Assembly: GCA_951406725.2 (NCBI GenBank)
Contig: OX597834.1
Location: 25,978,001 to 26,042,000 of the forward strand
From: Octopus vulgaris
Taxonomy: Eukaryota
Reading direction: 5' to 3'
Length of the DNA stretch: 64,000 bases
The position numbers and the translations under genes were made by a program. The notes under the pieces are model-generated. The model was given only the letters and a program-made list of their open reading frames with translations, searched no databases and was not told the DNA's origin. Shown in pieces: positions 12,768 to 25,722 of the stretch; within the stretch, counting starts at the first letter, position 1; every line of letters begins with the position of its first letter.

Positions 12768-13363
12768 TATTTCTTTACTACCCACAAGGGGATAAACACA
12801 GAGAGGACAAACAAGGACAGACAAATGGGTTAAGTTGATAATTCAACCCCAGTGCGTAACTGGTACTTATTTAATCGACCCCAAAAGGATGAAAGGCAAA
12901 GTCGACCTAGGCGGAATTTGAACTCAGAACATAGTGGCAGACGAAATACCTATTTCTTTACTACCCACAAGGGGCTAAACACAGAGGGACAAACAAGGAC
13001 AAACGGATTAAGACGATTATATCGACCCCAGTGCGTAACTGGTACTTATTTAATCGACTCCCAAAAGGATGAAAGGCAAAGTCGACCTAGGCGGAAATTT
13101 GAACTCAGAGCATAGCGGCAGACGAAATACCTATTTCTTTACTACCCACAAGGGGCTAAACACAGAGAGGACAAACAAGGACAGACAAACGGATTAAGAT
13201 GATTATATCAACCCCAGTGCGTAACTGGTACTTATGTAATCGACCCCGAAAGGATGAAAGGCAAAGTCGACCTCGGCGGAATTTGAACTCAGAACGTAGC
13301 GGCAGACGAAATACCGCTCAGCATTTCACCCAGGGTGCTACCGATTCTGCCAGCTCGCCGCCT
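12768..13363 (-). mobile_element. SINE family B trimer
   Basis: One head, three bodies, TSD cacaagcatc(g/a)cc. Confidence 0.85.
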
Positions 13364-13767
13364 TCACACAAGCATCACCATCATACAAGTTGAATCTCTG
13401 TTAACAAATTGCCTGCCACTTCTGTAATTTCAAAGAGGGGTGTAATGAGAAATCCTCGACTCAAATCCCAAGTAAGGATTAGCAACAAGAAGGGCATCCA
13501 GCTGTAAAATCATACTTCACTATATATTTATCCAACTCATGCTAGCATGGAAAGACAGACATAAAATAAGAGAATGTATTTTGTGGTAATGTGGGTAACT
13601 GCACATGCTATATTACACATTCTGAGCAAGGTTCAATCCCTCCCAGAAGTACTATTCATGTTCTTTATAAAAAGTTCAATTTTTTAAACGGCCGTGCATC
13701 AGCATGGCCACAGCTCTGAGCTGAAACTAGAAAAAAAAATAAGAGTGTTAAAATAATATTTACTTAC

Positions 13768-13856
13768 AAACAATTAAAATCTTTTGCAACCAAGATTACT
13801 TTCGCAAGCCGTGGATCTAGAGGATATGCAGCCATTTGTTTACCAATGGATGTTAA
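13768..13856 (-). CDS. DHX33: DHX33 exon LTSIGKQMAAYPLDPRLAKVILVAKDFNC(L); gene continues beyond position 1
   Basis: AG/GTAAGT flanks, 89 nt, LTxxGxxMAxxPLDP HA2 motif. No later exon was found in 1-13767. Confidence 0.94.
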
Positions 13857-14083
13857 CTGAAAATTAGAACAGACACCATTCTGTTATAATTACATTAAAT
13901 TAGACATGGTTTTATAATTATTACATTAGTCAATTGGCGCAGGTTGAGAAGTTTGCTTCTCAACTATTTGGGACTACTTATAGTCCCAGGCCAACCAAGG
14001 CCTTCTAAGTAAATTTGGTAGATAGAAACTGAAAGAAGCTGAAGTATGTGTGTGTCTACACACACACACATATATATATATAA

Positions 14084-14318
14084 AAAGCACCATCCGATTG
14101 TGGCCGTTGTCAGCTTCGTCTGGTCTCCGTGCCGGTGGCATGTAAAAAGCACCCACTACACTCACGGAGTGGTTGGCGTTAGGAAGGGCATCCAGCTGTA
14201 GAAACACTGCCAGATCAGACTGGGCCTGGTGCAGCCTTCTGGCTTCCCAGACCCCAGTTGAACCGTCCAACCCATGCTAGCATGGAAAGCGGACGTTAAA
14301 CGATGATGATGATGATGA
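14084..14318 (+). mobile_element. RTE LINE 3'UTR fragment
   Basis: Recurrent consensus with (TGA)n tail. Confidence 0.8.
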
Positions 14319-14513
14319 CGAAGGGCTTCCCTCAAGTTTCCACCGGCTAAATTCACTCACAAGGCCTTGGTTGGCTTAGGGCTGTGTGTGAGTGCGCGCG
14401 CGCATGCATACATGTGTTTATTTTCATTTGTGCTCTGTGAAACTTGCAAGCTATGAATGGTGGTATTGTTACTTCTGCTATTAACAAATCATCCATGTGC
14501 TTTGTGTCTTTAA

Positions 14514-14733
14514 CCCTTTAGCGTTCGCATTACTCTGCCAAAATTATGCCTTTTCATCCACATTGTTTTGAACTAATCATGCATTATCTTGTAGCTATGA
14601 GATTTTGATGAGGTAGCTGTTAATTTTTAAAACGATATTGTAGGGTTGGTGTGAGAGACCAGATCTGGCGAGCTTGAACATAAAACAGGCAGAATACTTT
14701 TGGCCAGATATGACCAGTTTAAATGCTAAAGGG
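14514..14733. mobile_element. piggyBac-like MITE family 2
   Basis: TTAA flanks, CCCTTTAGC/GCTAAAGGG termini, same family as 17886 and 38106 in the opposite orientation. Confidence 0.88.
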
Positions 14734-15611
14734 TTAAAGACATATGGAGTAAGAGATTTCTTACATAACATAAAAATAGGTAATGGTCCACAACAGGATG
14801 GGCATCCAATTGTAAAACAATGCCTCAATAATATATACATCTAACCTATGCTGACATGGAAAAACAGATGTAAAACAAACAAGCAGTATTGTTTCAGATG
14901 ATGTCAGTGAAATGCAGAAGAGGGTGGAGTGAATACATTATCTGCTTTACATGGTTTCAATGGTTTTTAAGTTGGCTTTTTGAAAAAATTAGGTTAGGAA
15001 GAAGTTAAAGGTACTTTGAGACAAGCTGTACTGACAATTTTTTTTTTGCATTGTTGTTTTTTTTTGGGGGGGGGGGGGCAGTACCAGATATCTTATGCGT
15101 GTAGGAGGTTATTGCACTTACACTGAGAATGAGGTCAGCTTTATTAGTGGAGATGACATTTAGAATATTGTTGAACAAGATGAGCTACACAAAGTATATC
15201 TGTGAGCAACACAGCATATGTATGTATGTATGAATGTGTATGTATATATATATATACATACACGCACACACATACCATACACCCTGGGTAACCAATATAA
15301 AACTAGTTATGTAAGACAGAAACAAAATACTGCAATTTCTATTTTTGAAGTTGCACTGTTTCATCTCTTGGTAACCAATTCTATGTTGCAATTAACTGAG
15401 TTTAATTATAGTTGTTATAATTGAGGACTTCTTTGTAGAACACACACACTGCAGATTATTCTATGACACACCCATATTATACACACACACATATAAGTAT
15501 AGTTATACACACATTCTATTTCTATATATTTTGTGGAATTGAGTTGTCACAAATATCTAAACATCAATCTCTTGTTTCAACCACTTTTTCATACCTCCCC
15601 TACCTCCTATG

Positions 15612-15689
<78 letters not shown>

Positions 15690-15893
15690 CACACACACAT
15701 ATATATATATATACATATATATATATACATATTTTTTCTTTCCTTGTTTTTTTCTGTGTATCTTTCTGTCGAAGAGCGTAGGCTCGAAATGTAAAAGACT
15801 TTTTCTATTTCTATTCCTGAGCGCCATACTAATACATTTGTTTGTTTGTACTCCACCTGCCTTCATCTTTTGTTTATTTTCATAAACCTTCCC

Positions 15894-15961
<68 letters not shown>

Positions 15962-16361
15962 TATCCACATACATGTATAGCACACACATGGCTGTGTTTA
16001 AGATATTTGCTTTGCAACCATGCAGTTTTCTTTACTTAATTCATTGCTTTCTGCCATTTCTTTTACCATTTTCCAAAGATATGCAGAGCACCTGAGTACT
16101 AAATACTATAAACTCATCATTGTTATTGTCTAGCAGTGTTTAATGGGCACCAAGGCATGACCACCTGCCGAGAGAGAGACACAACATGCAAACCTTGGCT
16201 CACAACTGCTTAGGGGAACCCTGGTATATTGGTGTGCGACCATGAGGTACTAGGGAGCCATTGTGACAGACAATATACATTATCAGAATAAACGTATACT
16301 AACAGCTACACTAAGCTAACTACGGTTCATACATAAACTGATTTTGTTCCAACATATGCAA

Positions 16362-16757
16362 TTCTTTTACTCTTTTACTTATTTCAGTCATTTGACTGCG
16401 GCCATGCTGGAGCACTGCCTTTAGTCGAGCAAATCGACCCCGGGACTTATTCTTTGTAAGCCCAGTACTTATTCTATCGGTCTCTTTTGCCGAACCACTA
16501 GGTGACAGGGACGTAAACACACCAGCATCGGTTGTCAAGTAATGCTAGGGGGACAAACACAGACACACAAACACACACATACATACATATATACGACAGG
16601 CTTCTTTCAGTTTCCGTCTACCAAATCCACTCACAAGGCATTGGTCGGCCCGGGGCTATAGCAGAAGACACTTGCCCAAGATTCCACACAGTGGGACTGA
16701 ACCCGGAACCATGTGGTTGGTTAGCAAGGTACTTACCACACAGCCACTCCTGTGCCT
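16362..16757 (-). mobile_element. SINE family A
   Basis: Reverse complement of the consensus. Confidence 0.88.
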
Positions 16758-17885
16758 TCTAAACACTTTCCAATTCGTCTCCCTGATTAATTGATCTGCA
16801 GATCAACACAATAGGGTCTCAGACAATAAAAGGGCTGATGCAGAAGACATAATTCTTTTGGTATTTGCTGATATCTTTTCAGTCAGGGATCAGCTCCCAC
16901 TAAATTTGACTTAACTATTCAGCGCTTTAGCATTCAGATTTCTCCATCTTCCACAGCAGAGGCGTTAAGGATTGGCCTGCAAGAGTCCTGTGCCAGTGCC
17001 GCACAAAAACCATTCAACCGAACCAAATCAGGTTGGAACCCAGTGCAGCTCTCCAGCTCTGGTCAAACTGTTCAACCCATGCCAGCATGGAAAACAGACA
17101 TTAAAGGATGATGATTGCCTATTTATTCACATTGTTTGAATTAACCCTGCATTATCTTGTAGCCTTGAGCTTTCAATGGGATGCTTGTATATTATTAGAA
17201 TGGCATCGTAGGGTGGGTGTCAGAGGCTGCATCTTGTCAGTTTTAACATGAAATGGGTAGAATATTTGGGCTGGATATCATCATTATCATCATCGTTTAA
17301 CATCCACTTTCCATGCTAGCATAGGTTGGACGATTTTGACTGAGGGCTAACGAACCAGATGGCTGCACCAGGCTCCAGTCTTGATCTGGCAGAGTTTCTA
17401 CAGCTGGATGCCCTTCCTAACGCCAACCACTCCGAGAGTGTAGTGGGTGCTTTTTACGTGCCACCAGTACGGGGATATGACCAGATGAAATGCTAAAGGT
17501 TAAAGGGCACAGAGTCTCGTTCACTCCCTTCTTCTGTTTATATGTGTGAGTATCTAGTTATGTCTGCCTTTTTTTTTCTTTCTTTCTATCTCTCTCTCAC
17601 TCACTATCTGTATGTACATTTCTATGCAGTGTGTGTGTGAGTGTGTTAGGTTCCAGTGCCAAAACAAACTAAATGTCCAGTCAGCTGTGTCAAAACATCA
17701 GCATCCAAACATCTAATTCTGTGTTGGCAGTATGACCTGCTGCTCTGCATATTCCAAGACCACAAGAATAAAGATATCACTTTAAACAGAGGTAAGGATC
17801 AGCAAGAGTAAGAGCACCCAGCCGTAAAACCCAACCTCAACTATATCTCCATCCAAACCCATACTACAAAGGTAAAACACTTTAA

Positions 17886-18106
17886 CCCTTTAGCATTTAA
17901 ACCGGCCATATCCGGCCAAAAGTATTCTGCCTGTTTTATGTTCAAACTGGCCAGATCTGGTCTTTCACACCAACCCTACAAAATCGTTTTAAAAATTAAC
18001 AGCTACCTCATCAAAATCTCATAGCTACAAGATAATGCATGATTAGTTCAAAACAATGTGGATTAAAAAGCATTAATTTTGGCAGAATAATGTGAACACT
18101 AAAGGG
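17886..18106. mobile_element. piggyBac-like MITE family 2
   Basis: TTAA flanks and CCCTTTAG/CTAAAGGG termini. Confidence 0.88.
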
Positions 18107-18250
18107 TTAAACAAACAAATACACCAAAATAAAATGCTAGTAGTGTGACCACCTCCTCTACTCCCTAAATTAGTGGCCAGGAACCTTAATTGTTCAACTG
18201 TAGATTCACAGCAAACAGTAAATGAATTGTCTAGCTTTTCTACAACTTAC

Positions 18251-18316
18251 CTGGATTTTTTCTTTCTTTTCCACAGCCCCTAAAAAATTCAGCTGGTCAA
18301 GAGCATTTATGATTGA
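18251..18316 (-). CDS. DHX33: DHX33 exon SIINALDQLNFLGAVEKKEKIQ (HA2/winged-helix start)
   Basis: AG/GTAAGT flanks, 66 nt, ALxQLxxLGA pattern. Confidence 0.92.
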
Positions 18317-18924
18317 CTGAAAAAGAAATATGAAGACAATGAGTTAGCTATGAGGACATCTCTGGCAAACATTCTGGCTAACCTACCTGATATAGATAGG
18401 AGTTAGATGGTTGGAAGCCATATAGACGTTGTTTTCCCCATTAATAATCAATTGTATAATAACGTTAAACTATAACACTATATAGTGCAGTTAGGCTAGT
18501 TGTGTGACCACCCATTTTAGCAAAAAAAAGCTGCTTATTTAATTACATTGATGTAAAATAGTCATACCTCGTAGCTTTGTCATTCTAAAAATAAACAATC
18601 ATAACATCAAAATCTCAATGTAAGGTAAATATGAGAGGATAAAATAGAGAGATCATTTTGGCCAGATATGGCCAGTTTAAATGCTAAAGTATTAATAAAT
18701 TCTATGAATTTGAATAAGTTCATATGTTGTTGAAAGTACAAAGTGGAGTCATGAGACCTTAGCCACTCTGCAGGTTTCAGTGTTGTACTTTGTAACACTA
18801 AGTCCTCAAAATTATCCAAATAGACAACATGTTATCAATGGAATAAAGCCAGAGACATTCTACTGGAGAGAGAAACTGCAAGTGTTTAAATGGTACAGTG
18901 AAAATAATTATGTCCATATTGTAG

Positions 18925-19182
18925 CTGTGATATCAGTGCCGGTGGCACATAAGAGAACCATCCGAACGTGGCCGTTGCCAGGGCCGCCCCGACTGGCTTC
19001 CATGCCGGTGGCACGTAAAAAGCACCCACTACACTCACGGAGTGGTTGGCGTTAGGAAGGGCATCCAGCCGTAGAAACATTGACAGATCAGACTGGGCCT
19101 GGTGCAGCCTTCTGGCTTCCCAGACCCCAGTTGCACCGTCCAACCCATGCCAACATGGAAAGCTAAACGATGATGATGATGA
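18925..19182 (+). mobile_element. RTE LINE 3'UTR fragment
   Basis: Recurrent consensus. Confidence 0.8.
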
Positions 19183-19598
19183 GGCGTAGCTGAGAAGAAG
19201 CTTGATTCCCAAACTTCTGATCTTGGGTACAGAGTCCCACTGTGTAGCAGCAGAGGCAAATGTCTTCTATCATAACCCCAGACTAACCAAAGCTTTGTGA
19301 GTGGATCTGGTCGATGAAAACTGAAAGAAGCTCATCAGATGATGTGTGTGTTTCCTTGTCTTAACATCACATAATAGATTTAAATGAGCATCACCATCAC
19401 ACAAGTGAGGTTCTTTGTTTCCAGTCTTCTGTGAAAAACATATCTGACCATGAAAAATATTACTTTGCTTGGAAAGAGGTAAGGGTTGGCAACAAAAAGG
19501 ACATCTGACCACAGACAATCTACCAATTCTGTTTGATGTATGCAGGTATGAAAAATTGGACATTGATGATGATGTATCTCTATGACACACAAATAGAT

Positions 19599-19900
19599 TC
19601 ATCATCATCATCATCGTTTAGCGTCCGTTTTCCATGCTAGCATGGTTTGGACGGTTCAACTGGGGTCTGTGAAGCCGGAAGGCTTCATCAGGCCTAGTCA
19701 GATCTGGCAGTGTTTCTACGGCTGGATGCCCTTCCTAACGCCAACTACTCCGTGAGTGTAGTGGGTGCTTTTTATGTGCCACCCGCACAGGTGCCAGACA
19801 GAGCTGGCAAACGGCCACGAACGGATGGTGCTTTTTATGTGCCACCGGCATGGGGACCAGGCGAGGCTGGCAACGGACATGAACGGATGGTGCTTTTTAC
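19599..19900 (-). mobile_element. RTE LINE 3'UTR fragment
   Basis: (CAT)n followed by the reverse consensus. Confidence 0.8.
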
Positions 19901-20592
19901 TTAAATGATTTTTGCTTAGGAAAAGCTGCCTACCTTTAGTTACCTCCTTGGTCTCTGGTTTTTTATTCAATATTTGTTTTTTTCTTTATAAACATTATCA
20001 ATACCAGAAGTATTGATCTGGAAATAAAACCGTTTTAAACTGAAGTTGTGAACAATTCTTTCTTCCAAGATCTTTGAGTAATTAAAGCAGAGTAGTCACA
20101 AAGTAATTTGGTTACAGTTGCTGTTTGCTGTTCTTTGTGCCTAATAATTTAAATTTCCTTCAGATTGAATGGTTTACCTATGCTGATGGCAGTGATTACT
20201 GAGAAGGCTAATCTTAAACATAAAACAATCGGTTAGATTAAGATTAGTCGCCCCTCGAAATGCCCACCTTTAGTTACCTCCCTTTACATTCACAGTTATT
20301 ATAGCTGACATTACAATAACTCGAATTACCATATGTATTGGTGACCTGTACATGCAGTTTAGTAACTAAGGTTATACCGTAGGTACAGCCCAACTGAAAA
20401 CATACAAGGTATTGGTCAACCTGGAAGATATCAGCTTTCGGGGTCCATGCAGTGGCAGCAATCCCCTAACATAGTTTTTAAGGGACCTTCTTAACCACAC
20501 ATGCAAGCACCTATACCTATCCCTACACACACACACCAACAAACAAACAACACAACATACACACAGACATCGTTTAAGTTGAAAATATTTAC

Positions 20593-20683
20593 CTGTGTTG
20601 TTGGTTTGTCCATGAAGTCAAAGTTAACAACATCACTAATACCCATGGCCAACATCTGCAACACAACTCCAGATAAATTACAC
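20593..20683 (-). CDS. DHX33: DHX33 exon CNLSGVVLQMLAMGISDVVNFDFMDKPTTQ
   Basis: AG/GT flanks, 91 nt, continues PEIQR|CNL, FDFMDKP segment. Confidence 0.95.
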
Positions 20684-21059
20684 CTGCAAAACAAATTTTG
20701 AAAATATATAGATAGATATTTATAAAGAGAGAGAGATGAACAACGGACCATTTAAATATATGTATGTGTATACACACACACACACACACACACGAGTGTT
20801 ATTCTTCATATGACAGGTAACTTTGAAAGTATACTTTTGCCATCATGAGTAATATTAGTAAATATGGCATACATACAAAGTAATTCAACTTTTATCAAAT
20901 TTTTTGGTGTTTATACAAAATGATGAAATATCTAATAATTACTCATTGCTGACCACCAAGCCTAGTATGTGCACCCATCTTGCATCTCTTATGTTAACTC
21001 TCTCTATATTTTTCTTTTACTCTTCCTATATGATGTAAAGCATGAATAGAGAAATCAAC

Positions 21060-21102
<43 letters not shown>

Positions 21103-21136
21103 TGTATATATACATACAAATATATAGAGAGGGTTC

Positions 21137-21512
21137 TGAAAGCGCATGGTTCAGTGGTTAAAGTGTCAAGCTTACAATCGTGAGGTTGTGAGTTCAATTC
21201 CCGGACCGGGCTGCATGTTGTGTTCTTGAGCAAGACACTTTATTTCACATTGCTCCAGTTAACTCAGCTGCATAAATGAGTTGCAACATCACTGGTGCCA
21301 AGCTGTATCAGCCTTTGCTTTTCCCTTGGATAAGATCAGCTGCATGGCAGTTGACCATGCTGGTATGCATGGACAACTGCTGGTCTTCCATAAAAGCAAC
21401 CCTAGATTGTGCGTTCACCAGTGAGGTGACTTTCCGCTCAAACTTATACCCCGGAGAAGAACCTCTTAGGTGCATCCATGGACATTCGTGACCGACAGAG
21501 TCGAGTTGAGTT
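21137..21512 (+). mobile_element. tRNA-derived SINE with a V/CORE-like central domain
   Basis: A-box tggttcagtggtt, B-box gagttcaattcc, central gtgttcttgagcaagacact...ctcagctg. Confidence 0.7.
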
Positions 21513-21834
21513 ATATATACAGTAATGCCTTGATATTCAAATTAATTCATTCCTGGAGAATGCTTGTAAAGTGTAAATTCGTAACAGTTCGTAGACCCGG
21601 GGTTTCGTAAAGCGGATCATTGTGAAGTGAGGTACTTTAAGATCTAACAGACATATTAACCTGGCTTCGAAACAGGTTGAGGACTGGTGATAGGAAGAAC
21701 ATCCAGCCATAGAAATTCTGACAACAATGAATTACATCCAAACCATGTAAACAGAAGAGTGGACATCAAGATAACGATGATAACGACATGTTTACTGAAA
21801 TATTTCCCTTTACTTAGGAAGTAGTGGTACTGAC

Positions 21835-22008
21835 CGTTGTATTTCTGGAAGAGTGTTTGGTTGAAAACTCTCAAATTCCTGCTCTGTATAAAGTCTGTAA
21901 CAAGTACCTGGAGACTCCCTCCCAGCTCTGCCAGTTCTCTGTATAGCCTGTGCCTTCGACACTCTCACCACTTTCAAAAGATCCAAACCAATTGAAGGAT
22001 TGAAAAGT
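21835..22008 (-). CDS. DHX33: DHX33 exon LFNPSIGLDLLKVVRVSKAQAIQRTGRAGRESPGTCYRLYTEQEFESFQPNTLPEIQ(R) (motif VI)
   Basis: AG/GT flanks, 174 nt, QRTGRAGR motif. Confidence 0.97.
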
Positions 22009-22406
22009 CTGCAGAAATAAAAACAGGAAAAGCAATAAACACCAAAATTTCTCTTTACCATTTCTTTTATCTCCTGCTTCAGCATTCAGATTACGCTCAA
22101 ATTATTTATGATTATTTATTCATGCCAACCATTCTGAGAGCATAGTGGGTGCTTTTTACATGCCACTGGCACGGGACCGGTTAGCTGGCATTGGCATCAA
22201 CATGCTCGAATGGTGCCTTTTCCATTCCACCGGCACAGGAGCAACACATAACCATACCAGCGCAGTCATCTCTCATGCACACCACATCTGATGCTTCTTA
22301 TGCCCAACTTTTCTCTCAGTGCACTTACACTCTGTCGGGTATGCACACTGACATTATACATCTAGCTTCAGAGGAGCATACTATATAAGAGATATAGTGG
22401 CTAACT

Positions 22407-22441
<35 letters not shown>

Positions 22442-22722
22442 AAATATTAGAAAAAAACTAATTATCTACCGATTATATACATTTTTATTATTTTTGTAAT
22501 TTACTTAATCTTTACATTTTATTGTTATTTTAATTTTAACTTTTCTATTATAAGTAATTTTCTAGATGGTGTAATTTAATTATTCATTTTGAATTGATAA
22601 AAGGTTGGTTTTTTTCTAATATTTTATATATATATTATATTGTGTGAAATTTGATTTAGTATTTCTAAATTGAATTCTTTTTCCTTGTAAGTTTGGATTT
22701 TATTCCCTCAAATAATAATTAT

Positions 22723-22754
<32 letters not shown>

Positions 22755-22959
22755 CACTGCTCTACTATACACATACATACAACACTACTCTGGACCTCAC
22801 TAAAAGACAACATAAAACCCATTTGCCAAATGGAAACTGAGGCAGACAAAAGAATATGCATAGTGCTGCTGATATTGGTGACAAATGTCTTTGATGCTAG
22901 TGATGATGCAGACATAAACAGAACAGAACAAAACAAAATCAAGAGCCAATTGTACTTAC

Positions 22960-23057
22960 TTGGCTTTCACCATACCAGAGTCTATAACATGTTTGATGCC
23001 TTTAATGGTCAAAGATGTCTCAGCAACATTAGTAGCAACAATTACCTTCCGTGTTCC
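22960..23057 (-). CDS. DHX33: DHX33 exon [32 protein letters not shown](K) (motif V)
   Basis: taAG acceptor, GTAAGT donor, 98 nt, [11 protein letters not shown] motif. Confidence 0.96.
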
Positions 23058-23719
23058 CTTAATGAAGAAATAATTGTAATGAACACAGAGAAAATAATCA
23101 GAAGCTAATGTGAAAAACACAATTATGGAAATCACTTCAAATGAATATATTGAGCTTGTTTATCATAGGTGTTAAAAACATTTATTATTATTATTAGGGG
23201 GGGGTGCAGAATTGTTAGCACGCTGGGCAAAATGTTTAACAGCATTTCATCCATCTTTACATTCTGAGTTCAAATTCTGCCACGGTTAACTTTGTCGTTT
23301 GTCCTTTCAGGGTCAGTAAATTAAGTACCACAGTTTGGCTAACTGAAAACTCTTGGTTCTAATTTTGTCACCATTTGGCTGACCGAAAACTCTTGGTCAC
23401 AGTTGTAGTTAGGTATTTCAAATGCCCAATTCTATCTCATTATTATCATCAATATTCTCTCACATTGGCAGCCTGAGTTTTTTTGCTGCTTCACGGTGCA
23501 CCCGCCCTCCTGACCCCCACCACCTGTACCAGAAGTCTATTCTCTGACCTCTATTGGATGTCTCTCTCATGAACACCTCCAAAGGCTTAATGCTCCCCCA
23601 TTCCGACTTAGAGTTTATCTCCTATGTAATGTAGCGATTATGTAGTGCATAAAAATGATGGTGTAGTGTATGCAGGTTGAAGGCTATTGTATGATCATGA
23701 ATTCTGTCAAATGCAAGCT

Positions 23720-24158
23720 TTCTTTTCAAGTACATGACGCAGCTGTCCCCCATCCCAGGACCTCACAGGCCCACACCTCCCACATGCTCAGGGTTGGTAC
23801 ACTTAATGTTGGCACACTGAAAGGTAGGTCTGGTGAGATTGTTAAGATGCTTGAACAGAGATGTGTAGATTTGCACTGCATCCAAGAAGTAAGGTGGAGA
23901 GGAAGTTCTACTAGGTTCTTCACAGGCAAAGAACATAGGTATAAGACTTTCTGGGCAGGGAACACTGATGGGGTAGGGGCTGTGGGTATACTTCTTGCAG
24001 AGAAATGGGTTGATGAGGTAATTGAGGTAGTCAGAGTCTATGATAGAATACTTAAGATTAGATTAGTGCTGCAACATGGTTTAGCAACCATCATCTCAGC
24101 CTATGCCCCTCAGCCAGGGCTACCTGATGAACAGAATGATGGATTTTATGACACCCTC
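23720..24158 (+). mobile_element. RTE-clade LINE fragment encoding an APE endonuclease N-terminus
   Basis: LRVGTLNVGTL, CIQEVRW, GVGAVGILL, IISAYAPQ and FYDTL motifs, truncated by (TA)n. Confidence 0.88.
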
Positions 24159-24182
24159 TATATATATATGTATGTGTGTAGC

Positions 24183-24231
<49 letters not shown>

Positions 24232-24786
24232 AGCTAGCAGAGAGAGAGAAGAGAGTCTTATCTGGCAAGTTTCTAACAGCTGGATGCCCTTCCTAACGCC
24301 AATATATATATACAGAGAGAGAGAATAATGGGAATATCTGCTCACCTGGATTCCTCTTATAGCCACTCTTTACCATACAGACTTAGTCCTAAGTCCTTTA
24401 CCATGCAGACTTAGGTTTCAGTGTGTAAGTTCAAATCATTCGAGCGCTACCAAGCGTCTTCTATATTGAGAATCTCTGGATCTCATCTACTGACTCACAC
24501 ACACACATACACATGATGGGCTCCCATATAGATTCTATCTGCCAATCCACTCACAAGTCTTTGGTTGGCCTGGGGCTAAAGTAGAAGATATTTGACTGAA
24601 CCTGAAACTATGTGAAGCAAACTTCTTACCACTCAGCCACACCTGTCAAAATTCTTCAAGGTAAAATTAAGGTACAACCGAGGTGTGACTTTGTGGTCCA
24701 AGTGAACTCAATGTTGGGAAACCTGGATTCTGTAAGAGAATTAATGTATTTCATAAGAAATATGGTCAAGAAAGAGCTTGACTTAC

Positions 24787-24958
24787 TTTTGGAGCAGGAG
24801 TGAAAACTCGTAACTGGGCAATCGGTGCTTGAGCAGCATATAACGGATAGACACACATAGGTGGTGCTTCACCAATTAAGTCTTTGGAAATATCTCGGAT
24901 CTGTTTGACAATGGATTCAATCTCTTCCTGACCAGTTAGGAAAACCAAGATATCCTCA
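24787..24958 (-). CDS. DHX33: DHX33 exon EDILVFLTGQEEIES...QLRVFTPAPK (motif IV)
   Basis: AG/GTAAGT flanks, 172 nt, DILVFLTGQEEI motif. Confidence 0.96.
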
Positions 24959-25274
24959 CTGCAGAACAAGAAAAAAAAATTCTTTGTTAGGAAAAGATAT
25001 TTTTCCATTTTATTTTTTTTTTTTTTTTCAAGGAATTGAGTTTAGAAAAAAACTGATTAATACCAAGCACTATATATATATATAAAGAAGCATTGGTTAT
25101 AGAACAAACATTAAATTTGAACCAGCAACTTTATATACAGCAGGGTGGTGTTGTATATAAAGTTGTTGACCCAATGCTTCTTTATCTTTGTGTCTCATTT
25201 ATATTTGAGCAACTTCTTTTGCAGTCCTATAAACCCTTTTGTTTCTATAAAGAGAGACAAATATTATTTCTTGT

Positions 25275-25396
<122 letters not shown>

Positions 25397-25413
25397 CACA
25401 CACACACACACAT

Positions 25414-25480
<67 letters not shown>

Positions 25481-25663
25481 GTAAAATAATATGCGACAAT
25501 TATACAAAAGCCAAGATAAAACTCTTAGTTTCGGATGCCGAGGTGGAAATCCACAACGCCATCTCTTCGGTTATCTGGCCATCTATTTACATAATATTGA
25601 GGTATCTTTCTTTCTTTTGTTATCTTACCGTTTTTACCAATATATATATATATATATATATAT

Positions 25664-25717
<54 letters not shown>

Positions 25718-25722
25718 AACAG

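Noticed and set aside
1-13767. Further DHX33 exons (expected EEILTI...EGDH region)
   Set aside because: No matching segment found by eye. It is presumably left of the window, though a short diverged exon could have been missed.
23670-24230. 186-aa ORF as a host gene
   Set aside because: Truncated LINE endonuclease ending in (TA)n, antisense within a DHX33 intron
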